Shown piece by piece: positions 11,641 through 23,389 of a stretch of 64,000 nt of DNA. Position numbers and translations under genes: made by a program. Origin of the DNA: Geosiphon pyriformis uo1. Taxonomy: Eukaryota; Fungi; Glomeromycota. Within the stretch, counting starts at the first letter, position 1; every line of letters begins with the position of its first letter. Location of the stretch: contig JAAOMT010000672.1 in assembly GCA_016748015.1 (NCBI GenBank), positions 75,428 to 139,427 of the forward strand, read 5' to 3'. Under the pieces are notes generated by a model. That model saw only the letters and a list, made by a program, of their open reading frames with translations. It was not told the origin of the DNA and made no database searches.

Positions 11641-13130
11641 ATGTCTAAAAGAACTATTATCAGACCAAGAAACCCACTTTGTAAATAGAACATTAGCAAA
11701 ATTAAGCCAGAGATTCGAAATTAAAAAACCACTATTATTACCATATTATTCACAAACAAATGATCTAGTTGAAAGATTTAATAAAACATTGTATAAAGCA
11801 ATTGCCAAACTCAACCAAGAAAACCAGAATGAATGGGATTTGTTTATACCATCAGTATTATTTGCTTATTGGACAATGAAGCAAGATACTACACAAGCAA
11901 CACTATTTGAATTGGTATATGGTAGAACAACAACATTACCAGTAGAGAGAGAAATTAATACATATCTAGCTGAACCAATAACAGAAGAAAATTTTCAAGA
12001 AACATTGCTGAGAAGAACATATGACTTAATAAAAACATTGGAAAACAAACGAAAAAGAGCAGCTAATAATATTCAAAAGTCACAAGAAAACAAAAAAAAA
12101 GACACAATAGTCAACTACTAGACAAACCAGTTGAATTCAAGATTGGAGACAAAGTACTCTTACATCATACCAAAGCAGAAAAACAATGGAGTGGAAAATT
12201 CGATCTCAAATGGGATGAACCATTTCACATAGAAGAAATTCTAGGAAATGGAGCTTACAAATTAAGACTGAATAACAAAATTTTAACCAAAGCAGCACAT
12301 GGAGATCAACTGAAACTATACCACAACATCACACCACTATCTACCAGTAATATTCCATAATTAGGAGTACAGAGAATACTAGTCCAACCAGATGAGATTC
12401 CATGAGATCTGAAACCAATTGTTATTATTAACAACAACACATTAAATTGATTCATCAAAAGAATATATAAAGACACAGTAGATGTGACAGAAAATATCAG
12501 AAAAATAGAGATTACAAACAACATTCATTTACTAACACAACAACTTTTTCAATTGATCCAACACCAAGAAATGGAAATTACAATCAATTAACAAACCATT
12601 CAATATCAAGATACTAGAAAGACATTGCAACACAAAAAACAGAAGAAACCAGAAAATACTGTCAACAAAATCATGGCAAAAGTAAAATTAGCAATAAAAA
12701 AATTGACAAAAGAGTCAATATATCAAGAGTTGACTAAAGAAACTTGGAATTGGTGGACACAACAATTTTCAAAAAACTATTGTTATTTTTACTTGGGACA
12801 ATACATAAATATCCAGAATTTATATATGGATAAAACAAAGCAGTTATTCAATACAACAATACTACAACAACTAGAACATTTTGTGGGAAAAAATAACTTA
12901 TCCATACAAGCTTGAGCTATATACCAAATATACACAGTATTTCAGGATCGACCAGAAATCTTACTCAACAAAACAATAGATACGGTTACCAGTAATCAAT
13001 TGGAAAAAATTACCAATGCTCAATTTAAAGAATTAAACTCAAATAACACAAGTAATTATCGAAAACAAAATCCAGGAAATACTCCAAGAAGAGGAATTAA
13101 AAGAGTTGGATTTCGATGGAGCTCAATATT

Positions 13131-13142
13131 AAAAGGAGGGAA
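13131..13142 (+). promoter_or_regulatory. Polypurine tract of B
   Basis: AAAAGGAGGGAA just upstream of the 3' LTR. Confidence 0.9.
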
Positions 13143-13145
13143 TAA

Positions 13146-14025
13146 TGTTACTCATAGAAATATAGGAAATATAGTAGCATAATTATTAGCCAATCAGAAG
13201 TAGACATAGTAAATGTGGAATTCCAGGATTCCTCTCAGGAATTGCAGGATTCCAGAAATTACAGAATTCTCACACAAAGAATTGCAGGATTCCAGAATTC
13301 TAGAATTCCTCTCAAAGGAATTGCAGGATTCCAAAAATTCCAGGATTTCTGTCATGAAGAATCAAGGAATTGAGAAATCTCAATTATGTATATATAGCAG
13401 TAGTATTAGAAGCTGAAAAGACAGACCTTTCAGTTTAGATTTAATCTAAGCAATCTTCCAGTTCCCAATTATCTAATAAATAATTATTTTATATCTCAAT
13501 CCACTCTTCGCTATCAACACTTCATGTTGATAGTAATTGATACTTAACTACACTGGAACAATAGCTCTTGATCATGGCTATTGACGGGATACTAACTTAC
13601 CAAATCATCTTGGCTTATTTTCTTTATTTCATTTTCTTTTCTTTCTTTCTTTTCTTTTCTTTCTTTGTGTTGTTTTGTTATTGTATACTAATTGATTAAG
13701 AATTAAAAGCATTGAGTTATTGACATCACGAATAGCCTGGTAAAAGACCCAGAAATAAGGGTAGAATTTTATATATTATTGGATAGCTTACCAGAAAGGC
13801 ACAACTGTCAGACTAAATTTAGCCTTCATGCTGAGAAAAAAATTAGATGGAATTGCAATTCCAAAAACTATTACAAATACCATTGAATCTCTGTCCATTA
13901 TACAAAAGACTCCATCAAAATCTTCAGATACAACACTTTTAGAATATTATCAATGGAAATAACTTTTGAGCACCAAGTTACAGGTTTATTATTTGACTTG
14001 AGACTCCAAAGATTCAACCATAACA
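13146..14025 (+). repeat. 3' LTR of element B (880 bp)
   Basis: Colinear with 3271-4137; the length difference lies in a TTTC tract. Confidence 0.97.
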
Positions 14026-15161
14026 ACATATAACTTAATAAAAACTCTAAAAAACAAAAAGTAAAGAACAGCTAATAATATACAAAAGTCACAAAAAAAA
14101 CTAAAATAATAACATAATAATTAGTTACCAGATAAACCAGCTAAATTCAAGATTGAAAACAAAGTATTTTTATATTGTATCAAAATAAAAAAACAATAAA
14201 GTAAAAAATTTGATTTCAAATAAGACAGTTTATTTTACATTGAAAAAATTCTGAAAAATAAAACATATAAGTTAAGATAAGAAAACAAAATCTTAGTTAA
14301 AGCAGCACATAGTAATTAACTAAAATTATATTATAATATAGTATTATTATCAATCAGTAATATTCCACAACTAAGAGTACAACAAATACTAATTTAATTA
14401 AATAAAATTCTATAAGATTTGAAACCAATCATAATTATTAACAGAAACATGTCAAATTGATTTATCAGAACATTATATAAAAACATAATATATGTAATAA
14501 AAGCAACAGATAGAAATTCTAAACCATATTTACATGATAACACAACAATTGTTTTAAGTTATAAATCAACAACAATTGAACATAGAAATTATTATTAATT
14601 ATCAAACAATTTGCTATCAAAACACAAAAAAAGAAAAAAAAACAAAGATTATTACATATTAGCAACCACAAAATTAAACAAAACACTGGTCAGATAAAAT
14701 TATAAAAAAAGTAAAGAACACTTTTAAAAAAATACTAATAATTGTTTTAATAGAAAAACTAACTAAAAAGAACTGAAAGCTATAGATAAAACAATTTCCA
14801 ATATCATATTATTATTATCAGTTAGAACAAAAGCTGAATATTAGAAATTGTATTTCAATAAATTCAAAAAATATTCAATTAAAAAACAGTACAACAGATT
14901 AAAAACTTTATTAAAAAAAAGATAAATTTTATACTATATATTAAAATAATTTAATAACTATATATCATATTTCAAGATTATTCAGAAATATTATTACATA
15001 CAAAAATAGAAACAATAATTGTTAATTAGTGGAAAAAAATGAACAACTCTTAATTCAAAAACATAAAAACCAAAATTGAACAAACAATATTGAAAAAAAA
15101 AGTAATGAACTTAATTCAAAATGAAAATTTTGACAAAGCTTAATATTAAAAAAAGTGATAG

Positions 15162-15958
15162 TATTACTTATAAAAAAAAATACAAAATAAAAATAAAAAA
15201 AACAGATAGTAAAAATAAACTAATAGAAGAATAGTACTCAATAAGTAAGCACATTGTTAGAAAATTATAACATATTGCTTAAAAATGTGTAAGATTTCAT
15301 ATAATAATAATTATATATATATAGCAAGAATATTAGAAACAGAAAAGACAAAACAATAGCTAAAGATTAGTGATTATTTAATACTTCTTTCTTCAAAAAA
15401 TAGGTTCTATAATTTGAAGTGAAATTATACTCATATTAATAAAATTATTTATTACTATTCCATTTATGTTATCATTATTTAATTAAAAAATATTAATTAT
15501 TTTAGTGCTATCAACAATTTATATTGATAAAATTTGATATTTAATTATATTGAATTAATAGCTCTTGATTATAGCTATTAATAAAATATTAATTTTTTAT
15601 TTTTTTTATTTTTTTTTATGTTTTTTTATTTTATTTTTTTTGTTGTTTACTAATTAATTAAAAAATTTAAGCACTAAATAATTAATATCAAAAATAGCCT
15701 GGTAAAAGACCTAAAAACAAAAGTAGAAAACTTAAAAATAGCTTATCAGAAAAACATAACTGTTAGAATAAATTGGCCACCATACTGAAAAAAAATTTAT
15801 GAAAAAAAACTCTCAATTAAATTTCTGTTCATTATACAAAAGACTCAACCAAACCTTCAAACTTCAAAATCTTCAGAAACTACTATTATTAATAATTATT
15901 AAGCATTAATTTACAGATTTTTTATTTGTTTTAACATTTTAAATAATCATCTGTAACA
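15162..15958 (+). repeat. 3' LTR of element A
   Basis: T(A)TTAC...TGTAACA; first ~320 bp align to 1755-2090; preceded by a decayed PPT. Confidence 0.8.
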
Positions 15959-18900
15959 ACTCTCAGTAAGAACAACTACATAAAATTTAAATACTTTTTT
16001 GGAAAAAAAACTTGCATTATTAATTAATCATTTAAAACAGACAATAAAATTTGCTGTACTGTGGTTGGTTTTGAGTTGAATCTGAATCTGAAGTTAGTTT
16101 TTTGTACAAAACTAATACTTGGTAATATAAAACTTTCTTAGACTAGATTAGATCTAATATGTTGTAAAAAATATGAATATTTTGAACATTTTTTTCTTAA
16201 GTATAACTCTTTAGATTTCTTTATTCTAATCCAAAAAAAAGTTTATAAAAAATTTGTTTTGAACTAAAATTATTTTTAACTTGTTTATTTTTATTCAAAA
16301 AAAAATGTACCTATCTTTCAACTTGCTGGTTTTGATAACAAGTCTTGGATGCAAATAGTATCTCTAATAGTTATTCTTATTAATATTTATTTTGTTCTTG
16401 TTTCTGGATTTTTTTTTGGTGTTTTATCTCCTGGAAATATGATCTCTAATTTTTAAGATACATTTATAATTAGTAATTAGTTGGTTTTTTTAAAATGCTT
16501 TTTAGAGCTTTTGGTTGATTAGATGTCTAATATTGTACAGAAGCTAAGCAATATGAATTTGGTGCTTTTGGCAGCTGTTTATTAACATCTCTCTTTAACT
16601 GTTTTCATGTTATTAATTTTGAAGTTAGATTTAAACATGGTTTTGAACAAATTTTTTTTTCTGTTTTTTCTGTTTTTTTAGCAACAAAAGATAAAAATTT
16701 GGATTTAAGTTTTAGTAGCTCAAAGGTTTTGACCATCAAAATAGATGGCTTGAAATCAAAAACAGTGGTTTTTGAGATTTTAGTTGGTTCAGTTTTGGTA
16801 AGATTAAATTAATTATATACTGGCTCGGATTTTTTGATGTTTTTTTATCTCAATAACTAATTATATTTGGAAATTTGCAATGTGTAATATAAAAGAAATA
16901 AACAATCCTGTTAAACAAAAAAATATTGTTTATTAACACAAAAATAAAGACAATTCTATATCTATAATTACAAAAACAAACTTGAAAAATAAAATTTGTT
17001 CTTGAATAATAAGCAAGTTTGATAAGATTAGAGTTTTCATCTCAGATGTTAACTTTAATCATCTGAATTAACAATAATATTGTTAAACACATATACAAAG
17101 TTTTAAAGATAGCTGATTGGCTTTTGTTAATATGTTTTTTGTTTAAAAATTGTCTTTTAGTTTCTATTTTGGATTTGTATGCTGAAGCTACTCTAAAAAA
17201 GGTTAACTCAGTTTTGTAAGATCAATTTAATGGTGATTGAAGCTTTAAATAATAATGTTTTTATGGTTTTCAGTGGTAATTTTAATAAAAATAATTCTGG
17301 TTACAATACAAGTTTCAAAAAAATTTTAAATATAAGTTTATGTAATTTTATCATATAAGTTGTCTATATAGTTCAACTTTAAGAAGATTAATAAATACAT
17401 AAACTTTATTTTAGTCAATAATAGTCTTTAGAATTCATTTTTTAATTAACAAGTTTATTGTTTAAATATGGTTTTTAATACTAATTATATAGTTATTTTG
17501 GTAAATATTGGCTTGAAAAACTTTTTAGTTCTTAGCTTATCTTGATATGTAAACAAACTGTTAAAAATAAGTGAAAATTCAAATTTAGTGATATTAATAA
17601 AAAAGTCTGAAAAAAATTTGGAAATTTATTATTGGCTGCTACTTTAAGTACTACTAATAATTTTGAGAACTATAAAGAAAAAATTAACATCAACAAAATA
17701 TAGACACTACTCAGTTAGATGATATGTTTTGCTGCTAATACTGCTTTTTCAAAAACATAGTACTTTAATTGTAGATAAACTTATATAAAAATTAGATATA
17801 TTAATGTTCTTATAACTATTCAGTTTTTAAAGCAATTATTTTTTATTTTAACTTATTAATTGCTTTGCTAAATATACCAAAACTTTATTAATTTTAAAGC
17901 CAAGTATATTACTTAAAACCAAATTACTATTAATAAATTATTTAAATATAATAATCAAAGATTTAATTAACTTAACAATAAATTTAATTAGAGCAAAAAG
18001 CTTGGTCAAATTAAACTCCAAAAAGATCAACTAAAAAAAAACCACAGAAATATTAGCTATTATATTAACAAAAAAAACAAAACTAACAAAAAAATTAGAA
18101 ACTAAAGAAAAAACAGAAGCAATATTCTTAACATAAAACTTAACATTAATAAAATAAAGCACAAAAGTCTTAAAAGTCTTTAAAAAAAAAAGTACAGACA
18201 TCTTATAATTAACAATCAAATAATCCAAATCTTGACATTTAAAACAGTATTAGTATTCAAAAGTTTTCAATTAGATACAATACTTTTTTAAAGTATTAGT
18301 TTTAATAATAATTGTATTCAAATTACTTTATAAGCCAAACATAACCAAAACAAACTGAGAACAATAATTATAATTAGGTAAACAAGAAATAAAACAAGTC
18401 TGATCACCAACTTGAAAAATCATATTATTAATTTTATAAGCAATACAGTTAAAAAAAAGATTAACCAACTCGATTTTGAACTTATTATAAAACAAAATAG
18501 TCTTATTTTGATTTACAAGAAAAAAAATTCTAATACTATTTTTGTTTAATAAAACTAACCAATAATTTAAAAGAGATGCAACAATATCTAAAGTTTTGAA
18601 ATAAATAATTATATATTAATAAATACCAATAAACTTTAGCATAATACAAAAAACTTTACCAAATATATTAAAAACTATCTTAATATCAATAATAAATATA
18701 CTCAAAAGTATATTATATAATACAATAATAGCAAAAAAAAACCAGACTCAAAAATTACCAAAGATTTAGCAATTTTAAGAGTGATTAGACAAACAAAGCT
18801 TGTAAGTTTAACCAAAAAAACAGCTTTTAAAGACTTTTAAAAACCAAACTTCATACAAAAAAGCTTTATATTGTTTTTTAATATTAATTTTGTATTTAAA

Positions 18901-19142
18901 AAACTATATACAGACTAAAAAACAGTCTTAATATGAGCTAATTTAATCTTAAAAATAGCATTAAGCACCAAAATAGAGACTATTTACTCAACAAATTTTT
19001 AATAACTAAAAATAGTTTTTTAAGCACTATTAATGACAGTATTAGAAATTAGTAAAAAAAATATTTTAATTTCTATCTAATTAATCCAGTTCTTAAAAAT
19101 AGATAATTTAACAAAAAACTGTTGTTTTATTTTTAAAGTTAG

Positions 19143-20127
19143 TGTTATTAATAAAATTTTAGACATTAATTAACATAAAATTACTCTTATAATTTCTATT
19201 ATTAATTAACATATATTATTATTATTCAAATTATTACTTATTATTTAATCAAAATGATTAAAGATTGCTATTTAATTAATAATTTAATTTATACAATAAA
19301 AATTAGAATGATTAAACTATACAATATTCCAAACTATATAATATTAAAAATTTGCTGAAATAATAAGTAGTTTGCCGAAATAGTTAGTAATTTGTTAAAA
19401 TAACTTGTAGTTTGTTGAAATAACCTATAATTTGTCAAAATATATCTTTAATTTATTAAAATTATAGCAAAAAAGAAAAGTTCAATTTTATAGACTAGTA
19501 CTATAACAAGTTGTATAAAAAAAAAGCTTCTTTTTTCGAAAAAATATATTTTATCTTAGAAAAAAACCATTTTACTCAGAAACATTTTAATTAAAATTAA
19601 TTATTTTTTATATATTAAAAGAAATAAATATCAAATACTTTAAAAAAAACTCCCAATTTTTTTATTTCACTTGAAATTCTCCAAAACCCAACTAATGTTT
19701 TGAAATTAATTAGCTACTAATTTCAATAATTTGTTAGTAACTTCAAGTCTGAACAAAAAATAATTCTCTTAACAAAATTTTATATTTTTTATGTTTTTTT
19801 TGTTTTTTTTATTCTAATTATTAAAGTAATCTACAGACAAAATTTTTATAAAAGAGTTAACTTTTGCAGCAAAATAACTACATATTTTTAATGAGCTTCT
19901 AAACAAGCAATTCTTAAGAAAAAGTTGACTTTTACTACAAAATAACTACATAAAGTAATTAGGATAAAATTGGTTATTTTATATATAAACCCAATAATTC
20001 AAATTATAAAAGATAATTTAAAAATAAATTCAGTTATCAAAAGTTTACTAATTTCTAATAATTATGAATTAATAGCAAACTAACATTAATAACATTTAGA
20101 AAAAAAAACCAAAAATTTCCAATAACA
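19143..20127 (+). mobile_element. Old solo LTR, family E
   Basis: Colinear over its whole length with 21813-22792 but more AT-shifted. TGTTAT...ATAACA ends; flanks TTAG / CTGA are both derivable from CTGG. Confidence 0.88.
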
Positions 20128-20353
20128 CTGATAATAATTTGCCAAAAAATATTATATTTAATAATACAACTAGTAATTAATCTTGACCTATTTTGAATAA
20201 TAAACTAAATAATATAATAAAAATCTTATTTAAAATTTTATTAGAAATCACAAAAAAATTTGATATAACAATAACAAAAGTGAGTGACTGCTTTTACTTT
20301 TTAAAATTATTGGTTTTTTTGATTATTTTTTTTAAAAAGGTTATATTAGTAAT

Positions 20354-23300
20354 TGCCACTCGACTTTCCCAATGATGCTATTCATCATCCTTCTCTGTAC
20401 AGGTTGAAATCTTTTGAACAGATCCAGACTGAGAGCAAGTCAGCTGCTGTTGTTTGTTTTGCCAATTCAGTAGGTATTTTGGGCTGCCTGTTTATGTATA
20501 GGTCGCATGATTTACAGGTTCTCAGCTGGCGCTCTCGTCACCCCCTGCTTTTCCCTTTTCATATTAATGTCAGTCCTTTGAATAATTTTTTGGCTGGTGT
20601 TGTCCGGATTTTTTTGGGTTGTGACTTTTCTCTGGGTGGTCTCGTGACCAATGTTTTTCATTTTCAAAAGGAGACCCCAATGTCTATTGTTCTTGGCGAG
20701 TTTACTTTTTATAAATGTGTTTCTTCGCTTAGATGATATAGAATTGCCTTTGTTGAGCAGCTTCGTGATCAAACTGGTTCTGTTTTTGAATGGAGGACTT
20801 TCAAGCAGTGGAAAAGCCCTCGGGGCCCAATTCCTAATTGGTTCAATGCTGCTGTTCGCTTTTTGTCTGGTTCTGGGTCATCTCCCATTTGTTCTCTTTT
20901 GCCACTGAATGTTGACTCATCTGACGTACTTAAGTCTTGTGAGTTTAATGTTGTTTGCAATTGCTTGTTGGAGGTTGATTCCAATTGTCTTTCTCTGTTT
21001 ACAGATGGTTCTCTGTATGGGCTGGATACTCTTGGTATTAAGGCTGGCACTGCTGTTTTTTTTGAGGACATTGATTTGGGTTTAGGTGTGGAAGTTTCTG
21101 GTTTGGTTTCTTCTACCATGACAGAGCTACAGGCTATTGCTTTGGCTCTCGAGTGTGTCCCTCCTTCTCGTTCAGTTAATCTGTTTTTGGACAGCCAGGC
21201 CGTTTTAGATGCATACAAGTCAGAGTTAATGTTGAAGCATCCAGATTTCAGGAATTGTTGTTGGGTCGAATGCTGCCATATTTCTAATGTCATTCGTCAC
21301 AAAAATTTGGATGTTAATTAGATTAAAGTTAGAGGTCACTTTGGAGTCTTGGGCAATGACACTTTGGCTAGGGCTGCTGTGTTTTCTGGTGTGCATCTTC
21401 CTCACAGAATTGATGAACATTTTCTCAAGGCTGGTGTTACTGTGGTTTCTGGTAATTCTAGGCATTTTGTTTGTGGTGTTTTCCACTCTATTCACCATGC
21501 ACATTGGGAGGTTAGTTCTGGTTCTCGGGTATTGGTGGACAGCCTATGTGCTGATGTTGATTGGTTCAGATCATGTTCGGTGTGGCATCTGAACTCTCAT
21601 TTGGCCACTGGTTTCACTAGTGCTCGTACTGCTGGATCTTGGACTTATTTTATGAAGGCATTGCATTATTGTCTTCCTGTTGCTGTGCGAAAGCAACTTT
21701 ATAATAAGGGGTACCCCAGTGTGATGTGTTTGTTCTGTAGTGATGTTGAAATTTCAGATCATGTGTTTTTATGCCCATTCGATGCTGGTGATTGTGCTTG
21801 GTTGATGAACGCTGTTACTAGACAAAATTAGAGATATTATTTAGCATGAAATTATCTTATAAATTCTATCATTAATTAGCATATATTATCATTTCAAATG
21901 ATCACTTATTACATTAGCAAAAATGTCCGAAATTATCATTTAATTAATAACCCAAATTGTATACAACACAAATGTAATCTAATTACAATAATCAATCATG
22001 TAATACCCCGAACTATGTAACATTCAGAAGTTTGCCAAAATTTGTAGAAATTTGCCGAAATAATTGATAGTTCACCGAAATATCTAATAGTTCGCCGAAA
22101 TAACTTGTAATTTGCCGAAATGTATCTTTAATTCAGCAAAATTTTAGAAAATAGCAAAGTTCAAGTTCATAGAATAGTGTTATGACAAGTTGTATAAAAG
22201 AAGAGCTTCTCTCTTCGAGAAAATGTATCTTATCTTAGATTTATCTCTTAAAAACTATTCCTATACACACAAAAAGAAATAAATATCAAATAATTTGAAA
22301 AACCAAATTCTTCAATTATTGTACTTGGAAAATCTCCAAAACCCAACTAACATTTCGAAATTGATTAGCTACCAATTTCAGTAAACTGTTAGTGACTCCA
22401 GGCCTGGATAGAAAACATTTCCCTCGACAAAATTCTATTTCTTTTACATTTCTTTTATTTTTTTTTATTTTCTTATTACAATCATTGGGGTAGCCTACAG
22501 ACGAGATTCCTGTAGAAGAGTTGATTTTCACAGCAAAGTAACTACACATTTTTAGTGAGCTTCCAGACGAGCAATTCCTGGAAAAGAGTTGATGTTTACT
22601 ACAACGTAACTACATAAAGCAACTGGCACAGAATTGGCTATTCCATTCATAAGCCCAGCAAGTTCAAATTATAGGAGATAATTTAAAGATAAATTCAGTT
22701 ACTGGAGATTCAACCACATCCAGAAAACGTGAATTCACAGCAAACAAGCATCAACAACATTACAGAAAAGAGACCAAAAACCTCCGGTAACAACGTTCAT
22801 GCATCTGTTTGGGAAATGCGCTCAGGTTTATCTCACTCGACTTCATGTGTTTCACAGTTGCTTTCTGCTTGCACTTCCGATGCTGTTGTTAATACAGCTA
22901 TATGTAAGGGCTTTGTTTTCAATGAGTGGTATTGTGAATCTCTTTCTGTTTTCAAGGACTCTAAAACAGCGGCTCAACATATTGTGGCATTTGTTCGCAA
23001 ATTCTGTCTTGCATTCCATGATGATATTTGACTGGTGTGTGCAAAACACAAAGCTGTTATGGAGAAAGATGGCTTGGTCCTGTGTGACAGTTCTATTCCT
23101 ATTTCGGTTTCTGGTCTTCCTTTGGTGCTCTCATCTGGTGTGGTTAGATTGTTGGATATTGCTGATGCACTTGGTGTTAGTTTTGGGTTTCGTAAATCTA
23201 GTTTATTCTTTTTAGGTGTAGGTAATTTGGTCTCGGTGCGTATAAGTGCCTAGTGTTGTCTTGACTAGTCTGAGTGGCTGGTCACATGTAGAAAAAGCAT

Positions 23301-23389
23301 GATTCATGCCTAGTTTAGATCACTAGTATGATGTATTGTACTAGGTAGTGTTTGGACCTCACTTGTTAAATAATAATAATAATAAAAAA
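20354..23389 (+). mobile_element. 5'-truncated, relatively young LINE with RNase H and C-terminal zinc finger
   Basis: RNase H motifs LFTDGS, TELQAIALAL, LFLDSQAVL, KVRGHFGVLGND; CLFC...HVFLC; (TAA)n/A tail at 23368-23389; 9-bp TSD ATTAGTAAT (20345-20353, 23390-23398). Confidence 0.92.
21813..22792 (+). mobile_element. Solo LTR, family E (980 bp)
   Basis: TGTTAC...GTAACA; TSD ACGC/ACGT; the LINE reading resumes after it (LMN|VHASVW); TATA-like TATAAAA near 22193. Confidence 0.93.

Larger units (their letters stand above)
10462..13130 (+). pseudogene. Integrase of B with GPF/Y-like module and long C-terminal extension, interrupted by element C
   Basis: HHCC zinc domain near 10670-10800; core IGIDLVGPL...DYLTKWPE...SDQETHF...VERFNKTL; FKIGDKVLL...W.EPF.I; reading continues to the PPT. 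Confidence 0.9.
3271..14025 (+). mobile_element. Full-length, inactivated Ty3/Gypsy LTR retrotransposon B (gag-PR-ZnF-dUTPase-RT-RH / IN)
   Basis: Paired LTRs, exact TSD ACAT (3267-3270, 14026-14029), PBS, PPT, and RT-RH-IN domain order. Inserted in the integrase region of A. Confidence 0.97.
1755..15958 (+). mobile_element. Old Ty3/Gypsy element A, internally deleted, host of element B
   Basis: 5' LTR remnant 1755-~2090 matches the 3' LTR 15162-15958, which ends TGTAACA. Degenerate TSD ATTT (1751-1754) / ACTC (15959-15962). RNase H and integrase remnants at 2100-3270 and 14030-15145 are colinear with element B. Confidence 0.85.
720..17780 (+). mobile_element. Heavily decayed LINE (ORF1, then APE start of ORF2), split by the Gypsy nest at 1755-15958 and 3'-truncated
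   Basis: ORF1 remnants at 790-1754 resume at 15959 (LFT|LPVGTTA-like, then a CCHC-like knuckle). An APE-like start (WKFAMCN...NNP) lies near 16865. Many stops from G>A and C>T. Outer boundaries approximate. Confidence 0.7.

Noticed and set aside
12625-13416. env gene or independent ORFs at the 3' end of B
   Set aside because: No signal peptide or transmembrane segment; the pieces belong to the integrase extension or to LTR repeat sequence.
22492-22615. Hammerhead ribozyme (CAGACGA...GAAA)
   Set aside because: Core is CAGACGA rather than CUGANGA, and the stems do not form the three-way junction. Kept only as an unclassified motif.
1751-22796. Strict RYRY target-site consensus for LTR insertions
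   Set aside because: ACAT, ATGT and ACGY fit, but ACTC and the inferred CTGG do not; too few sites.
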